From: Neoechinorhynchus agilis
Taxonomy: Eukaryota; Animalia; Acanthocephala
Assembly: GCA_051530055.1 (NCBI GenBank)
Contig: CM121343.1
Location: forward strand, 7,628,044 to 7,692,043
Length of the DNA: 64,000 nt
Direction: 5' to 3'
Below the pieces are notes generated by a model. It was not told the DNA's origin, did not search any database, and saw only the letters and a program-made list of their open reading frames with translations. Positions 13,440 to 26,689 of the stretch are shown piece by piece; position 1 is the first letter of the stretch, and each line of letters begins with the position of its first letter. The translations under genes and the position numbers were made by a program.

Positions 13440-13640
13440 GCAATGAAGAATGGAAAGAGGTCAGCAGCAGCAGCATTAAGGAATTGGGCGGCATGCAAAT
13501 GGCACAAATCTTAGTGAAACTCAATCAGGTACCGATCGAAATGGAATTTGATCCGGGTGCCGCTGTCAGTCTGATATCCAAGATGATTTGGTGTAAAATA
13601 GGAGCACCCAAACTGATTAGTGCTAGAACGATATGAGTAT
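13440..13640 (+). mobile_element. LTR retrotransposon aspartic protease remnant
   Basis: VKLNQVPIEMEFDPGAAVSLIS, a degenerate DTGA motif. Confidence 0.75.
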
Positions 13641-13739
13641 TCGGTGGAGGCTTATTTTATGTAGTGATTCGTACACATATTCACTTATACTGCAGTTTCC
13701 CAGAAAAGGCATTTTCCTTCTCGCCACGGGAATACTGTG

Positions 13740-14400
13740 ACACCATCCGGTATACGGCTGTTATCGAGTCGGCAAAGATTGCTCGGCTCTAATATGTTGG
13801 GCGCATTCACAGTATTCAGAGCACGACTAAGAATTTCGCTCACTTCGGCGTGTCGTGAGTATCTTTCGCCTGATTGCCGACAGACGAGACCATGGCGTCC
13901 CTACGGATCCACAGTCGCTCCACAACGGCAGCGATAGGATGTGCACATCGATACCTAAAGTCTCAGGGACACTGCAATCCTTACTGTCTCGTTCGAGAGA
14001 AGGGTACCCACAGAAGCGATTGGGATAGCGTTGAGCCAAGCACCCGATTCCCTTGTAGAGACTGTCGCCAATCGATTTCGGTTCACTAGGTCACCGGACA
14101 CTGCAATCCTTACTGTCTCGTTCGAGAGAAGGGTACCCACAGAAGCGATTGGGATAGCGTTGAGCCAAGCACCCGATTCCCTTGTAGAGACTGTCGCCAA
14201 TCGATTTCGGTTCACTAGGTCACAAGAATCTGAAATTAAAGAGTTATGAATTCTCGCTACCAGGGGCGAGTCCCAAACTGATTGTTTGCAACCATTGACG
14301 GGGACCTGCTCGCTGTCTGAATCTCCACACCAAAGATTAAGCGAATCTACGATATCTTCATCCAAAGTGTAATTCTCGCCTAGCTACGATTTAAATCATA
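13740..14400 (-). mobile_element. CRE-like non-LTR retrotransposon C-terminal fragment (diverged copy with a 129-bp internal duplication)
   Basis: STRESGAWLNAIPIASVGTLLSNETVRIAVSLRL, paralogous to 14426-15298. Confidence 0.85.
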
Positions 14401-15790
14401 ACATAATAAAGTACAAAACGTGCAATCACCACCGTCCGCAAAATTGGAGCTTCTCTCCTTCCCCGGCTGAAGCTATCACGCTAGCAGCATTGCCTCGTTC
14501 TACTGCGAGCGAGATATTTTGTCGCAGGAATACGCCTGCACGTGCATCGCCGGTCGTTTCCCTCAATTTCTTCGAGAGATCCTGGAGTAGAGTGAGTGCC
14601 GAGCTGCCAAGCACTCCATGCATCTCTACTCCGAAGGGGACAAAATAGTGGGCCCTCTCTAAATCCCTATATTTTCGTACCTTCCTCCCTTCCGCTGCAC
14701 TGGCCGCACCTCCAGCGATTTCGAGAGAATAGGGAATGTTGCTTACTGCGAGGGACGTGGCGTCCCAGAGTAGGCATTTGCCCTTGGTCTGAGAATGACG
14801 TGAGAACCTTCCTCCTGACTTTCGGCAGACGAGACTGTGCCGCCCGAAAGCATCAACCAAAGACCCACATCGACAGCGATGGGGCGTGCATATCGGGAGA
14901 CCAAGCCTTAAGGACACTGCGATCATCGTTACCTCATCAGTGGGAAGAGTTCCCACAGATGCCACAGGAACAGCCTCCAACCACGCCCCCGATTCTCGTG
15001 TCGAAACTGCCAACGATCTAGCCCGGGTGACCCCATCGCGAGAACCTGAAAGTAGAGAGCTGTGAGCTCTCGCGACGAGAGGTCTGTCCCAGAACGACTG
15101 TCTGAGACCATTCACGGGAAAATGGTTAGCGCTTGTCTGCTGGCACCATTCTTCAGCTGCCACCACAAAGTCTTGCTCAAGACAAAACATTTCCCTCAGA
15201 ATTATCTTCGCTATCGTTTGACTCCCCTCATACGATCCAAGAAAGGCCGGCAAAGCAAAGTCCACTAGTGCCTGAATTCCCAATCTCCCAGATGACACAG
15301 GCTAAGAAGCTTGTCGCCACGCCTCATCTGAGAGCTGGACATTTAAAATACGCTCGAGACAAGCCCTCACCTTGTCGTCGAGCTTAGCCAATCTTTATGT
15401 TTGAAGAATGTTGCTATGCGGACCTTATATAACAATTTCGAGATAAAGAGTGCGTCTTTTATCAGAAATAACGCTTCGTGAGCCGATAGAGCGCTAACCT
15501 TATCGCACAGGAACGAAAGCTTCGGTATGATACGGCTGATCTCAGCTTCCACATTTGAATCAAAGACGCGACTAACCAGGAGGCTGAGTTGCTCTGGATT
15601 CACGAGTTTCAGACCTGGAGCTACGGCCTCGAACCCATCCATTAGCTCCTTGACTCTGGCGGCGTCTTCGATATTTAATACTAGGAGCTCACACTTTCAA
15701 GCATTGAGCTCAATGCCCAATCTCGCAGTCTCCCTAACCAGCGTCTCCAAATCGCGCAGTACAACGGAGGGATCACCTTACGCCACACAC
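14400..15790 (-). mobile_element. CRE-like non-LTR retrotransposon (RT end, CCHC knuckle, restriction-like endonuclease), 5' truncated
   Basis: HRCRCGSLVDAFGRHSLVC, GKCLLWDAT, FVPFGVEMHG and ISLAVERGNAASV; near-identical to 28200-28975. Confidence 0.9.
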
Positions 15791-16470
15791 TATCCATTTG
15801 ACCCTGATCCGATGAATTGCTAATCTCTGAGCCTCGAGATCAGGAAGTAACCAAATTGACATTCCCTGTCTCAACTTATATGTAGCAGCCCAAAAGAACA
15901 AATAATATTTGGGGAGTAGGTGGATGATTACGGATAAATAATTACGTCGAACGAAATATAATGAATTCAGAGTCCGTTCTTCTTTTTCCAGCACACCAAT
16001 TTCTCTGTCTCGTCTTTTCAGTCGCCTCACAATGTCGTTGAACGTATGTTCATCATTCATAGAATATCTTTTCCAGTTCTCGTGTGGGTAATTCCAGATC
16101 TTTGTTACAAACATACGCAATAAAAACGATTCTCTTAGTGATGTTTCCAAATCTTTAAAAACTTTCCATACTCGTTTGATAAACGAGACGCCAAAATCAA
16201 TCTGACACTGGCGGCCTTCGTCTCCCAAAAAGCAGAATGAGCCAGCCAGAATCGTATTCATAATTCCCACAGGATGACATATCATCACACCCAACCACCT
16301 GATCCTTCTCGCAATTTCTGCGACTTTGAGAAATGCAGATCCTAGAGCAGAGTTCAAGACAATTCTTCTTCTAGTAGAAGGAAAGCTTATCCCAAGCACT
16401 CTAGAACATCTTGCAACCATTATCATTTGAGTGTGCGGATCCTCTAAAAATTTAGCATACAATCCAATCG
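15773..16470 (-). other. Unassigned open reading frame (about 230 non-repetitive codons) in frame with the minisatellite
   Basis: Unique C-terminal part of the 391-aa ORF 15773-16948; no motif recognised. Confidence 0.3.
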
Positions 16471-18490
16471 GGTGAAAATATCCGTTCGAGTGAGAACATT
16501 CGGTCTGGGGATGTCCGTTCGAGTGAGAATATCCGTTCGGGTGGGAATATCTGTTCGAGCGGCAATATCCTATGGGTTGGGAAAACCCGCTCGAGTGGGA
16601 ATATTCGATCTGGGGATGTCCGTTCGAGTGGGAATATCGATTCGGGCGGGAATATCCGTTAGGTTGGGAAAACGCGTTCGAGTGGGAATATTCGGTCTGG
16701 CGATGTCCCTTTGAGTGAGAATATCCGTTCGGGTGGGAATATCTGTTCGAGCGGCAATATCCTTTGGGTTGGGAAAAACCCGCTCGAGTGGGAATATTCG
16801 GTCTGGGGATGTCCGTTCGAGTGGGAATATCCATTCGGGCGGGAATATCCATTCGGGTGGGAATGTTCTGTCTGCGGATTTCCGCTCGGGCGAGAATATC
16901 ACTCTGGGTGGGAATATCTGTTCGTTCGGGAATTTCCATTCGGGCCAAAATACAAGTTCATGCGGGTATTTCCGTTCAGGTGGGAATAACCGTTCGGGCG
17001 GGAATATCCGTTCGAGTGAGAATGTCTGTTCGGGTTTGGGTATCCATTCGAGTGAGAATATCCGTTCGAGTGAAAATATCCGTTCGAGTGAGAATATCCA
17101 TTTTGGTTTGAATATCGGTTCGGGCAGGAATATCGGTTCAAGGTGGAATATCCATTCGAATGGGAATATCCGTTCGGGTGGAATATCCATTCGAGCGGCA
17201 ATATCCGTTGGGTTGGGAAAACGCGCTCGAGTGGGAATATTCTGTCTGGGGATGTCCGTTCGAGTGGGAATATCCGTTCGGGTGAGAATATCCATTTTGG
17301 TTTGAATATCGGTTCGGGCAGGAATATCGCTTCAAGGTGGAATATCCATTCGAGTGGGAATATCCGTTCGGGTGGGAATATCCATTCGAGCGGCAATATC
17401 CGTTGGGTTGGGAAAACGCGCTCGAGTGGGAATATTCTGTCTGGGGATGTCCGTTCGAGTGGGAATATCCGTTCGGGTGAGAATATCCATTTTGGTTTGA
17501 ATATCGGTTCGGGCAGGAATATCGGTTCAAGGTGGAATATCCATTCGAATGGGAATATCCGTTCGGGTGGGAATATCCATTCGAGCGGCAATATCCGTTG
17601 GGTTGGGAAAACGCGCTCGAGTGGGAATATTCTGTCTGGGGATGTCCGTTCGAGTGAGAATATCCGTTCGAGTGAGAATATCCATTTTGGTTTGAATATC
17701 GGTTCGGGCAGGAATATCGGTTCAAGTTGGAATATCCATTCGAGTGGGAATATCCGTTCGGGTGGGAATATCCATTCGAGCGGCAATATCCGTTGGGTTG
17801 GGAAAACGCGCTCGAGTGGGAATATTCGGTCTGGGGATGTCCGTTCGAGTGGGAATATCCATTCGGGCGGGAATATCCGTTTTGGTTTGAATATCCGTTC
17901 GAGTGAGAATATCCGTTCAGGTGGAATATCCATTCGGGTGGGAATATCCGTTCGGGTGGGAATATCCATTCGGGCGGGAATATCCGTTGGGTTGGGAAAA
18001 TCCGTTCGAGTGGGAATATTCGGTCTGGGGATGTCCGTTCGGGTGGAAATATCGATTTGGGCGGGAATATCCGTACGGGTTGGAAATTCTGTTCGAGTGG
18101 GAATTTCCGGTCTGGGGATGTTTATTCGAGGGGGAATATCTTGTCTGTTGTGTCCGTTCGAGTGGGAATATTCGGTCTGGGGATGTCCGTTGGGGTGAGA
18201 ATATCCATTTGAGTGGGAATATCCGTTCGGGCGGGAATGTCCGTTTGAATGAGAATATCCGATTGGGTTGGAATACCCGTTCTGGTGGGAATATCCTCCC
18301 TGGGGATTACCCTTCTGGTTTTAATATTCGTTCGAGCGGGAATATCCGTTCGAGTGAGAATATCCATTCGGAGGGGAATATCCATTCGAGTGAGAATATC
18401 CATTCGGAGGGGAATATCCGTTCGAGTGAGAATATCCGTTCATATTGGAATTTCCATTTGGTTGTTAATATCCATTTGGGTGGGAATATA
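16468..18490. repeat. 18-bp minisatellite (consensus about GGGAATATCCGTTCGAGT) with a 195-bp higher-order repeat
   Basis: Higher-order anchor TTTTGGTTTGAATATC at 17101, 17295, 17490 and 17685. Confidence 0.97.
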
Positions 18491-19828
18491 AGTTCGGTGG
18501 CAACTATTACCGAACGGATAGCGAGCTATCTTTTGGGATCGCATACCTTGACGATATTAGTTCGTTTTTAGACCGAAATTTGCGAAGAAGCGTTATCTCT
18601 CAAAATTCAATGGATCCTCATGATCTTTCGGTAGAATTGTAGTTACTTAGAATTCAATAATCGCATTTGTTGCATTTTGTGTGCGATCCTTGCATCTAAT
18701 GCCAGACAGGCGGAGACCTGTCAAGTGTCCATATTTCGAAATGATCCACATTGTTCTTCAACTGCCGACGTGTTTATCACATTAGAACTCGCTAAGCGAA
18801 AAAGTCCGGCCATTGTCAATTAACCGATGCGAAGAAAACTCATTTGCGATCTATTGGAAATTAGGTTTTCGATTGTTTTGCATAATAAAGCTGCAGTATT
18901 TTTGAGGTGAGATAAGTTCGTAGAGGTGGGAGATGCTCCTATCTTATGCGGACAGTTGTGTTAATTCCGCCACCGCCGCTTGATCCACGTAAAACAAAGT
19001 TATGTCGAATGAGAAAATGTCAAGGCGGCGGAGTCACGCGTGAGATTTCTGCAGTTACGGAGGAACTCGTGGCTCAAAAGCATGAATATTACGATACGCG
19101 AATGTCAGACACTCATTCTGCATCCAGGCAACCTTCTGTGGTAAGTGTAATCAGCTGTTCCATTAATTTAAAAACCCCGAGACATCCCCTGTAAATGTAA
19201 TTAACGTATTTAATAGGTCCCTCTTCGCATTCAGAGGCACCTCACATATTCATGTTCTCGCTTTTCGTAATCCAATTTGTTCGGGGGAAATGGGAATAAA
19301 CGGTAGCCTGTCGCTCCACCACCTTTTTTCAAAAATAATTCTATTTCTCTATATGGCAGGTCCAAAACTGTCAGAGATAATCATGGTTTATATGTTGCAT
19401 TCGATTAGCTCTCCAATTAATGGCCTGTAAACGGAAAAATGAACTTTTGCATCATTTCTCTTTTTAACAGCGAAAATCCACCTAACAGTTGGGTCCTAGA
19501 ATTTTTGCTATATATAGACGAAAATCGGCTGTTTCAGGTGAATAGCTTTAAACTCACACTGAATCTACGGGGATGCATAAGATCGAAGGTGATTGTTTTA
19601 ATTTTATGCATTTAGTCTCTAATTATTTCTGCTTTTACTCGAATAGCAGCCCCGGTTTATTAATGTTTCGGGCGCCAAAAGCAAACACCTCGACTCCGAA
19701 CGCCTCGTCTTTATTGGTTCTAAAGTCAATTGCACAGCTTCGCTTGTCATCGCAGAGTACGCTAGCTGTTCGATAGTTTTTTTTCAGAGCCGTTAAAATT
19801 GACTCATTTTTAAGGCGCTTTGTTCTGG

Positions 19829-22800
19829 ATGTGTAAAGCAAATCAGAAAGCAATAGAAGATAGAACTTCAAACTTGGGCAAAAGGTCCATTATAGTTACG
19901 GCTGCAATCATTGTTATTATCATCGCAACGGTATCGGCCATACAAGTTTATAAGCAATACCAGAAAAGATCCTGCCAATCACCAGCTTGTCTTGACCTAT
20001 CACGCCACCTTCAGTACTTACTTAACGATACTATGCATCCCTGTGAGGACTTTTATGAATATGTGTGCCATAACTGGATAAGGGACAATCCGGTACCGCC
20101 GGGTAGACCAACGTGGGGCATTTTAAGTCAAATGAGGATGAATAACCTCAATGCAATATTTCAATCACTTAATTCGAACGAAAAAAACTTCACACAAACT
20201 GAACGTGCTGCCAGCACATACTTCCATTCATGTATGAAGGATGCCGACAATCAACCGAGGGGTTTGAGAAGCTTCTACAAACGATTTGAGAAATGCACTG
20301 GGTTTTCGTTCAAAGATTGGATAACGAGATCTAGGAAGTTTCTGAATACTCGCCTTCGAGATGTAAGCGACGAAATCATGATACAATGCGGCTATCAACT
20401 AATTTTCGGAATATTTGTTCATCCGGATGACTTGAACTCCACAAACATGGCCGTATATGTGAGTAGTCTCGAACGCGTTTTCAATTATTGATTCAAAAAT
20501 GTTCTAGGTGGAGCGGCCAGTATTACTTTTCGGAGTTAAAGAATTCTATCAGAGTCAATTCCTTGCTCTCCAAAAAGTTTATATAGACGTTATTCAACGG
20601 GTAATCGATTTTATGTTCCCTTTCGACAACCACAATGTTACCAGAATAATCAAAGCCGTCATAGATTTCGATAAAAAGATCGCTGATGCGTACTGTTAGT
20701 TAAAATTCGATAAAACGCTCACCAATTATAATAATCTCTTGTTAGCGTCACTATCCGAGAGCCGCGAACTGCGATACTTAAAGAAGATCCAAATCGGAAA
20801 TTTGACCGAGAATACAAGCTCTTTCATGGATTTCCAGGGTTTTGTCAACGCGTACATATCGCCCAGCAATAGATCGATGAATAGCGATGACTTCGTATCC
20901 GTCACTCATGAGAAAAGCCTCTTAAAGATTATTAAAGTATTCTCCGATCAAGCAAAAACTGATTCTGGTAAAAGATTACTGATCGACTACATGTGTCTAA
21001 AATTACTGGCTGCAAATATTGATTTCATGCCCGATAATATTCAGAAAGCTATTTTGCCTTTCAGAAATTCAACGCTAGGTAAGCATGAAATGTTAAGAAA
21101 CAGCAAACATTTTCATTCGAAGGCTTAAGTAAATATCCGGATCGATGGGAAACGTGTGTACTTTTAACACGACAAGCCGTCCCGCATGGAACCGCAAGCT
21201 TGTTCATCAGAAACAATTTTAATCCCGATATACGAACTAAACTAAATGATATATATATTTTACTTAAAAGTGAATTCGAGGAAAGAATACGTTCCAGGAG
21301 CTGGTTAGACAACAAAACGATGGAACATGCACTGGCGAAGCTGCACAATATGAAGGCGTGGTTTGGTTATCCTGATCTGCTACTCAATAAAACCGTGATT
21401 GATGCAAAGTAGGTAATTTTGTAAATTGATTTATCCGAGGGGATGTATTAAATCATGGAGACAAACCTTTAAATTGTTTAGTCGTGATGACTTTTCGAAA
21501 ACACTGCAGTCGATTGCCGCTTTTTAGAGAATGCCGGTTTGGGAATTATTGTTTCATACTTTCACCAACAATAAAGATTGTCTCAACATCCTTAACGAAA
21601 GGTGTCCATTAGGCAGTAGAAGCGGCAAATCGCGTAATTTAGTCCCATAATGAAACCCAAAGAAGAATTAAAATGTATCCTTTTTGCGGCCTATTTGCAA
21701 TATAAATTCATAATCGCGTTTGACGGCCAATCAAAACTGGGTAAAAAATTCAAAATCAATTTTATAGTGACCGGTTGTTATTTTCGAATGAAATACTGAA
21801 TAGTAACGCCAACGTGTATTGAAACACTGCTTTCTTCGATTTTAAATCACAGTAAAAGTATTGTATCCGCAATGAAAACGGTGACTACATAAATTACTCC
21901 CACACTCTCCGTAGTCACATACATAAGATTTATTCGAAGGAAGGCATTGGATGACTAACCGACATAGTTTATGTGTAGCAATTATTATAATTCGATAGTA
22001 ATAAAATTATCCCATCGCTGTCCTTTTAAGCGCCTTGTCAGCTCAGACTTTCCATTGTTTCCAGGAGTAAAGGAGTTTGCTCAGAGCCTCTGGGAAAGTG
22101 CTAATGTACTTTAATCGTCGAGTAAAAAACTAGGCCCGAGTTTTTTACATAAGATTTATCCATATCCGATAAAAATTAGAAATATATGTACGCTATTGAT
22201 TTTTGAGCCGACCCTGCCATTGTGCAGGACAAAGGCTAAACAAGAAGATTGATTTTTGCGATTTTTAAATGTTTAATTCGCAGTCCTTTCCAAATTATGA
22301 TTCGCCTGCCGACTATGTAACGTGATTTTTTAGGTACGATAATCTTGAATTTTCGGATGATGATTTCTTCGAAAACTTTCTTCTTGTAAAGAGGAAAACC
22401 TTGGCTGAGAAAGGGAAAACATTCGGGATGCCAAAAGATCAGAACGATTACGGTGCTGACGTTGACGAAGAAAACGCAAGCTATGATAATTCGATGAACA
22501 AGATCAGAGTCTATGCGGGGATATTGATGCCACCCGGATTCGAAATACATTGGCCGCCCGCGATGATTTACGGCAGCATTGGATATGTAAGTCTGATCAA
22601 TTCGGAAATCGCTGGGTAACGGTGGTCGTATAGGTTATAGCTCATGAACTAATACACGGATTCGACGATCAAGGCCGAATGTTTGACGGACAAGGCAATC
22701 AGCATAATTGGTGGAATAATTATGCTGAGAAGCAGTTTCACGTGTTGAGCAAATGTTTTGTGGATCAGTACTCTGAATTCAAAGTTGGCAATATGACATT

Positions 22801-23134
22801 AAATGGCGAGCTGACTCTTGGAGAAAATATTGCCGATAATGGTGGACTTCGTCTCGCATATAATGCATATAAAAGTAGAGCAATCACTTCTAAATACCCA
22901 GAGACGCTACCGAATATAAATTTAACTCCTGATCAGTTGTTCTTTATTTCTTTTGCTTTGTATTGGTGTGAATCTTCAACACCTAGGGCTACAGAGTACT
23001 ACCTCCTTAGAGATTTTCACGCCTTACCCAGGTTCAGGGTTCAAGGTACAATCAGGAATATGCCAGAATTCTCTAAAGTTTTTAACTGTCCTGCGAATGA
23101 AGTGAGCAATGAAATGAGATGCGAATTGTGGTGA
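19829..23134 (+). CDS. Neprilysin / endothelin-converting enzyme family (M13) zinc metallopeptidase, type II membrane, 6 exons
   Basis: N-terminal TM, HPCEDFYEYVCHNW, VYAGILMPP, HELIHGFDDQG, GENIADNGG; five GT-AG introns, all frame-restoring. Confidence 0.93.
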
Positions 23135-23639
23135 TTAATCGGTATTCGTCTTTGTTAATATATGAGATTTGTTTTTACAAGTAATGGCGACAATAGAGTA
23201 TACACAAACTAAAACTAATTGTATTTTAACATAGGGGCAATTTTTTATGCGTGGTGGGCAAAAAAAGTGAAATTTACACACTTATGGATGTAAAATTCTC
23301 ATCGCGAAACATGCCCAGAATACGATTGGAGTTATGGCACATTTTCCCTAGACACAATTCCGGCCATTGAAAGTCCACTGTAAGTGTGGATCTTGAACAT
23401 TCAACACTGCATTTAGTGAGTTGCTGCTGTGGTTTCAATCGGTCACGATGAACACATTATCCGCACGTTCCGCCACTTCGTATTTTCGAAGTGTGGATTA
23501 AGGGAAGTGATAGAATCGTCGAGGATTTGAGAGTAGTAGGATATCTCTGATGGATAATAGATTGCGGCATCGATCCCACAAAACCGCTCGCAGAGTCCGT
23601 TAAATTCGAAAGAGTCGACTTCATCAACGATGAAACTAG

Positions 23640-23900
23640 TAAGATGATCCACTGGATTATGAAGACGGAGATTGGAGTTCGGTTATACAACAATGAATGG
23701 ATTACCATAGCAAATACACTTTCAAGAAGAAGGGACACAATGATCCCAGCGGCGAAGGTGTACAGAATAAAGTGCTCTCCGTGTGATAGAGTTTTATTGG
23801 ACAATCAATGCAGGGCATTAAGAAGAGAATCGTCCAAGATAAGCGAGCCTGAGGCCGATTTGAGCACTCGTTCTAGAGAAGGAGCAATACCTTCGATGAC
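23640..23900 (+). mobile_element. Penelope-like GIY-YIG remnant
   Basis: KVYRIKCSPCDRVLL, resembling the GVVYKIPCxDC motif. Confidence 0.55.
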
Positions 23901-24289
23901 GCCTTGTTATTGAGGCCCCTTGCACATCGCTGTGCCAACACAATGGAAGGAAACAAAACTTTTGCCCAAGGCACAACCGGCCAACGATGATTTAAAAAAA
24001 TCAATGAAAACGCGGGTGGACAAGCGGTCGCCGAACTTAGGGAATGGCGATCCCGAAACATACACGACAACCTTTTTAGATGATCCGGTAAATGCTTGCT
24101 CTTTTGAAATATTTCAATTCAAAATATGTGTTTTATCTGGGAGAGGATTATGATCACCACCATTCACATCAATAATAGAACACAATCATCAGCCATTTTC
24201 CCATCGGAATCTGTGAGATTGCGAAGGGAGCCGGATGATTAAATTCAATTTTTACGATTGTATGCATTGAACGATCGAAATGTGTCTGT

Positions 24290-25224
24290 ATGGCATTCGC
24301 GTTGGCCACTGGGATATATCCTCCACTACAAGGCACCGATCAAATGGAATTAGAAATTCCAAGAGTATTTGTGACTCTTCAATGTCAATATAGCCACAAT
24401 ACCGATAATAATATTTGTTACTTAACAAGAATTGGACCCATGCATCTTTAGGTCTTTATAAACACTCGAGAGTTGTTCAGGAATGCGGTTGTTGATTTTG
24501 GAGTGGACTACGGGTTCGGTCGAGCGGGAATATCCGCTCTGGTGGGAAAGTTTGCGGATATTGCTTGCAGGAGAGCTTGTTATGTTGATTCCTTGCCTCG
24601 AAAACAACCGGATTTAACCTCCTGCAATGTCACTAGCAAATGTTATAATTTTCTCGGACTTGATAACGAAACACGGAAGACCATCATTGAACGAGGACAT
24701 GACGCAATCATCAGTTGTCTCCTGGACGATGTGAGCAAAGACGCTAATAAAACGTCATCTTTGACTGACGTCACCTTCGTATTGAGAATGAAGCCAATCC
24801 GGGTACAACCGCAACGCGTAAGGTCTCCGTTGTTATTGGCTCTCTTCGCCAATTCCATTTGTTTTCTTAAAAAATGAGGCTCTAATAAGTCATATATCCA
24901 AGGTGCGATCATATTTACACTAATCAAATTCCAGTCGATAATCTCTGTGATAATCGTATTGGAATTCGGTAGCTACACTTGTCGTTTCTTACAAGATTGA
25001 ACGTCATCATTTTCGTGTACCAGGAAGACACTTTCGTTCTAAAATGAGAGATTTTAAGTTCTATTCGGTTGGCATCATTTCTCATACATAAACAGTGGAT
25101 CCAGTTTTGATAGTTGGAAATCATATCTACAGTCGCGAGTGTCTCTATTTTTCTTATCATCAAAGAACTCAAAATCATATCTCTAGGGCTTAATTTTTTA
25201 AGGTCGTTAGCCATTAGAAATTGA
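24290..25224 (+). CDS. Unassigned multi-exon gene with a hydrophobic C-terminus
   Basis: Four phase-0 GT-AG introns join open exons (EIPR/LFRNAVVD...QPQR/ALISHISK/IERHH...FYS/LEIISTVASVSIFLII); no homolog recognised. Confidence 0.4.
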
Positions 25225-25357
25225 ACAAGTCAACGTTCTTCATGGATATTCTCAGCCGCAACTCGTATGACGTCATGAACCTTTTTGATATGATCCATGG
25301 CAATCGCTCATTTCTGTCAAAATAATACATAAATGATTATTAACCTTTTTGTTTTCG

Positions 25358-26245
25358 ATGTCTGCTGAAGACTTCATGGCTGAGGCCGACAAGAAAGTTC
25401 GGTCATCAGCAAACTTTCTTAATTCTCTCTTCGGATCGGGATCTTCGAAGTTGGATGAAGCGGCTGATCTGTACACGAAGGCCGGCAATAAATACAAACT
25501 CGAACATCGTTGGCGTGAAGCCTGCAAGGCATTCAACTGTGCCGCAGAAACCCATTTAAAGTGTGGAAACAATCACGATGTATGTCAGTCTTACATCGAA
25601 GCCGGTCAAACAATCCGAAAGGTCGATATCGAAGAGAGCGTTGTTTATATGCAACGAGCAATCGATATTTTGACCGAAATGGGTCGATTCGGAATGGCAG
25701 CCAAACAGTATCAGACACTCGGAGATATGTTCGGCGATGTAAGTGTCGTCAAACCGGAATATCCCAAAATGGCCATTGATTACTATGAAAAGGCGGCTGA
25801 TATTTATGCAACCGAGGAGTCCCAAACATCCGCACAAAAATGCCTGCTTCGAGTTGCCGAATTAATAGCATTCTTTACGAAGGATTATATGAAAGCAATC
25901 AATATATGGGAAGACGCCGGGTTCAAAGCTCTCTCCAGTAATCTTCTCAAATACGGCGCCAAGCAGTACTTTTTCCGTGCTGCTCTTTGCCAACTCTGTA
26001 TTGATAGCGTCAATGCCGCATCCGCAATCAAACGCTATGGGGAGAAATCAAGCGATTTCAGAGACTCAAGAGAATGCAAACTGATCTCAAGTCTTATTGA
26101 GGACGTCGATAATCAATCGCGAGAAAACTTCGCACAACACGTTCACGAGTACGACAAAGTGAGCAGGTTAGACGATATTGCAGTCGAATTGTTGGCAAGA
26201 ATAAAAGAAGGGATGGAAAGTGCCGAAATTGAAGACCTCGCATAA
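25358..26245 (+). CDS. NAPA: Alpha-soluble NSF attachment protein, intronless
   Basis: MAEADKKV...GSSKLDEAADLYTKAGNKYK, EMGRFGMAAK, LLKYGAKQYFFRAALC, DSRECKL, EYDKVSRLD. Confidence 0.95.
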   Translation: MSAEDFMAEADKKVRSSANFLNSLFGSGSSKLDEAADLYTKAGNKYKLEHRWREACKAFNCAAETHLKCGNNHDVCQSYIEAGQTIRKVDIEESVVYMQRAIDILTEMGRFGMAAKQYQTLGDMFGDVSVVKPEYPKMAIDYYEKAADIYATEESQTSAQKCLLRVAELIAFFTKDYMKAINIWEDAGFKALSSNLLKYGAKQYFFRAALCQLCIDSVNAASAIKRYGEKSSDFRDSRECKLISSLIEDVDNQSRENFAQHVHEYDKVSRLDDIAVELLARIKEGMESAEIEDLA

Positions 26246-26689
26246 TTTCTCTGTGAGCAAAATCAATATCTGTCTGCTTTTGCGATATTAAACTATTCAT
26301 GACACCATAGGCCAAACGCATATTCGTACTTCTCTCTCGAGAACTGTGCAGCCATTTTCGCATAGGGGTCCTTTTTCGGCTGTGAGGCTCAATGAAACCT
26401 TCAGTCATCTTATGAGCTTCCTTTTGATTCCATCTAGTGCCTACCTATTTCGATAGCTTCCATTATTAATCGATTTCATAAATTCGGTTGTACGCTTATC
26501 ACACATTCGCTTAATCACTCGAATATTTAAAAACTTACAAGCAAAATTCAAGCACCAACGACCACATAATAGCCAACAATCAATGCAACCGCCAGGAAAT
26601 TCTGATAATTCGAAGGCTCAGTTCTTATAGAAAATCTCAACTGAAAAAAGCAGCGAACTGCGTTCATATAGCCTACAATCGACACTACT

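Noticed and set aside
16468-18490. CRISPR-like array
   Set aside because: Monomers are contiguous and degenerate with no unique spacers; eukaryotic context and no cas genes
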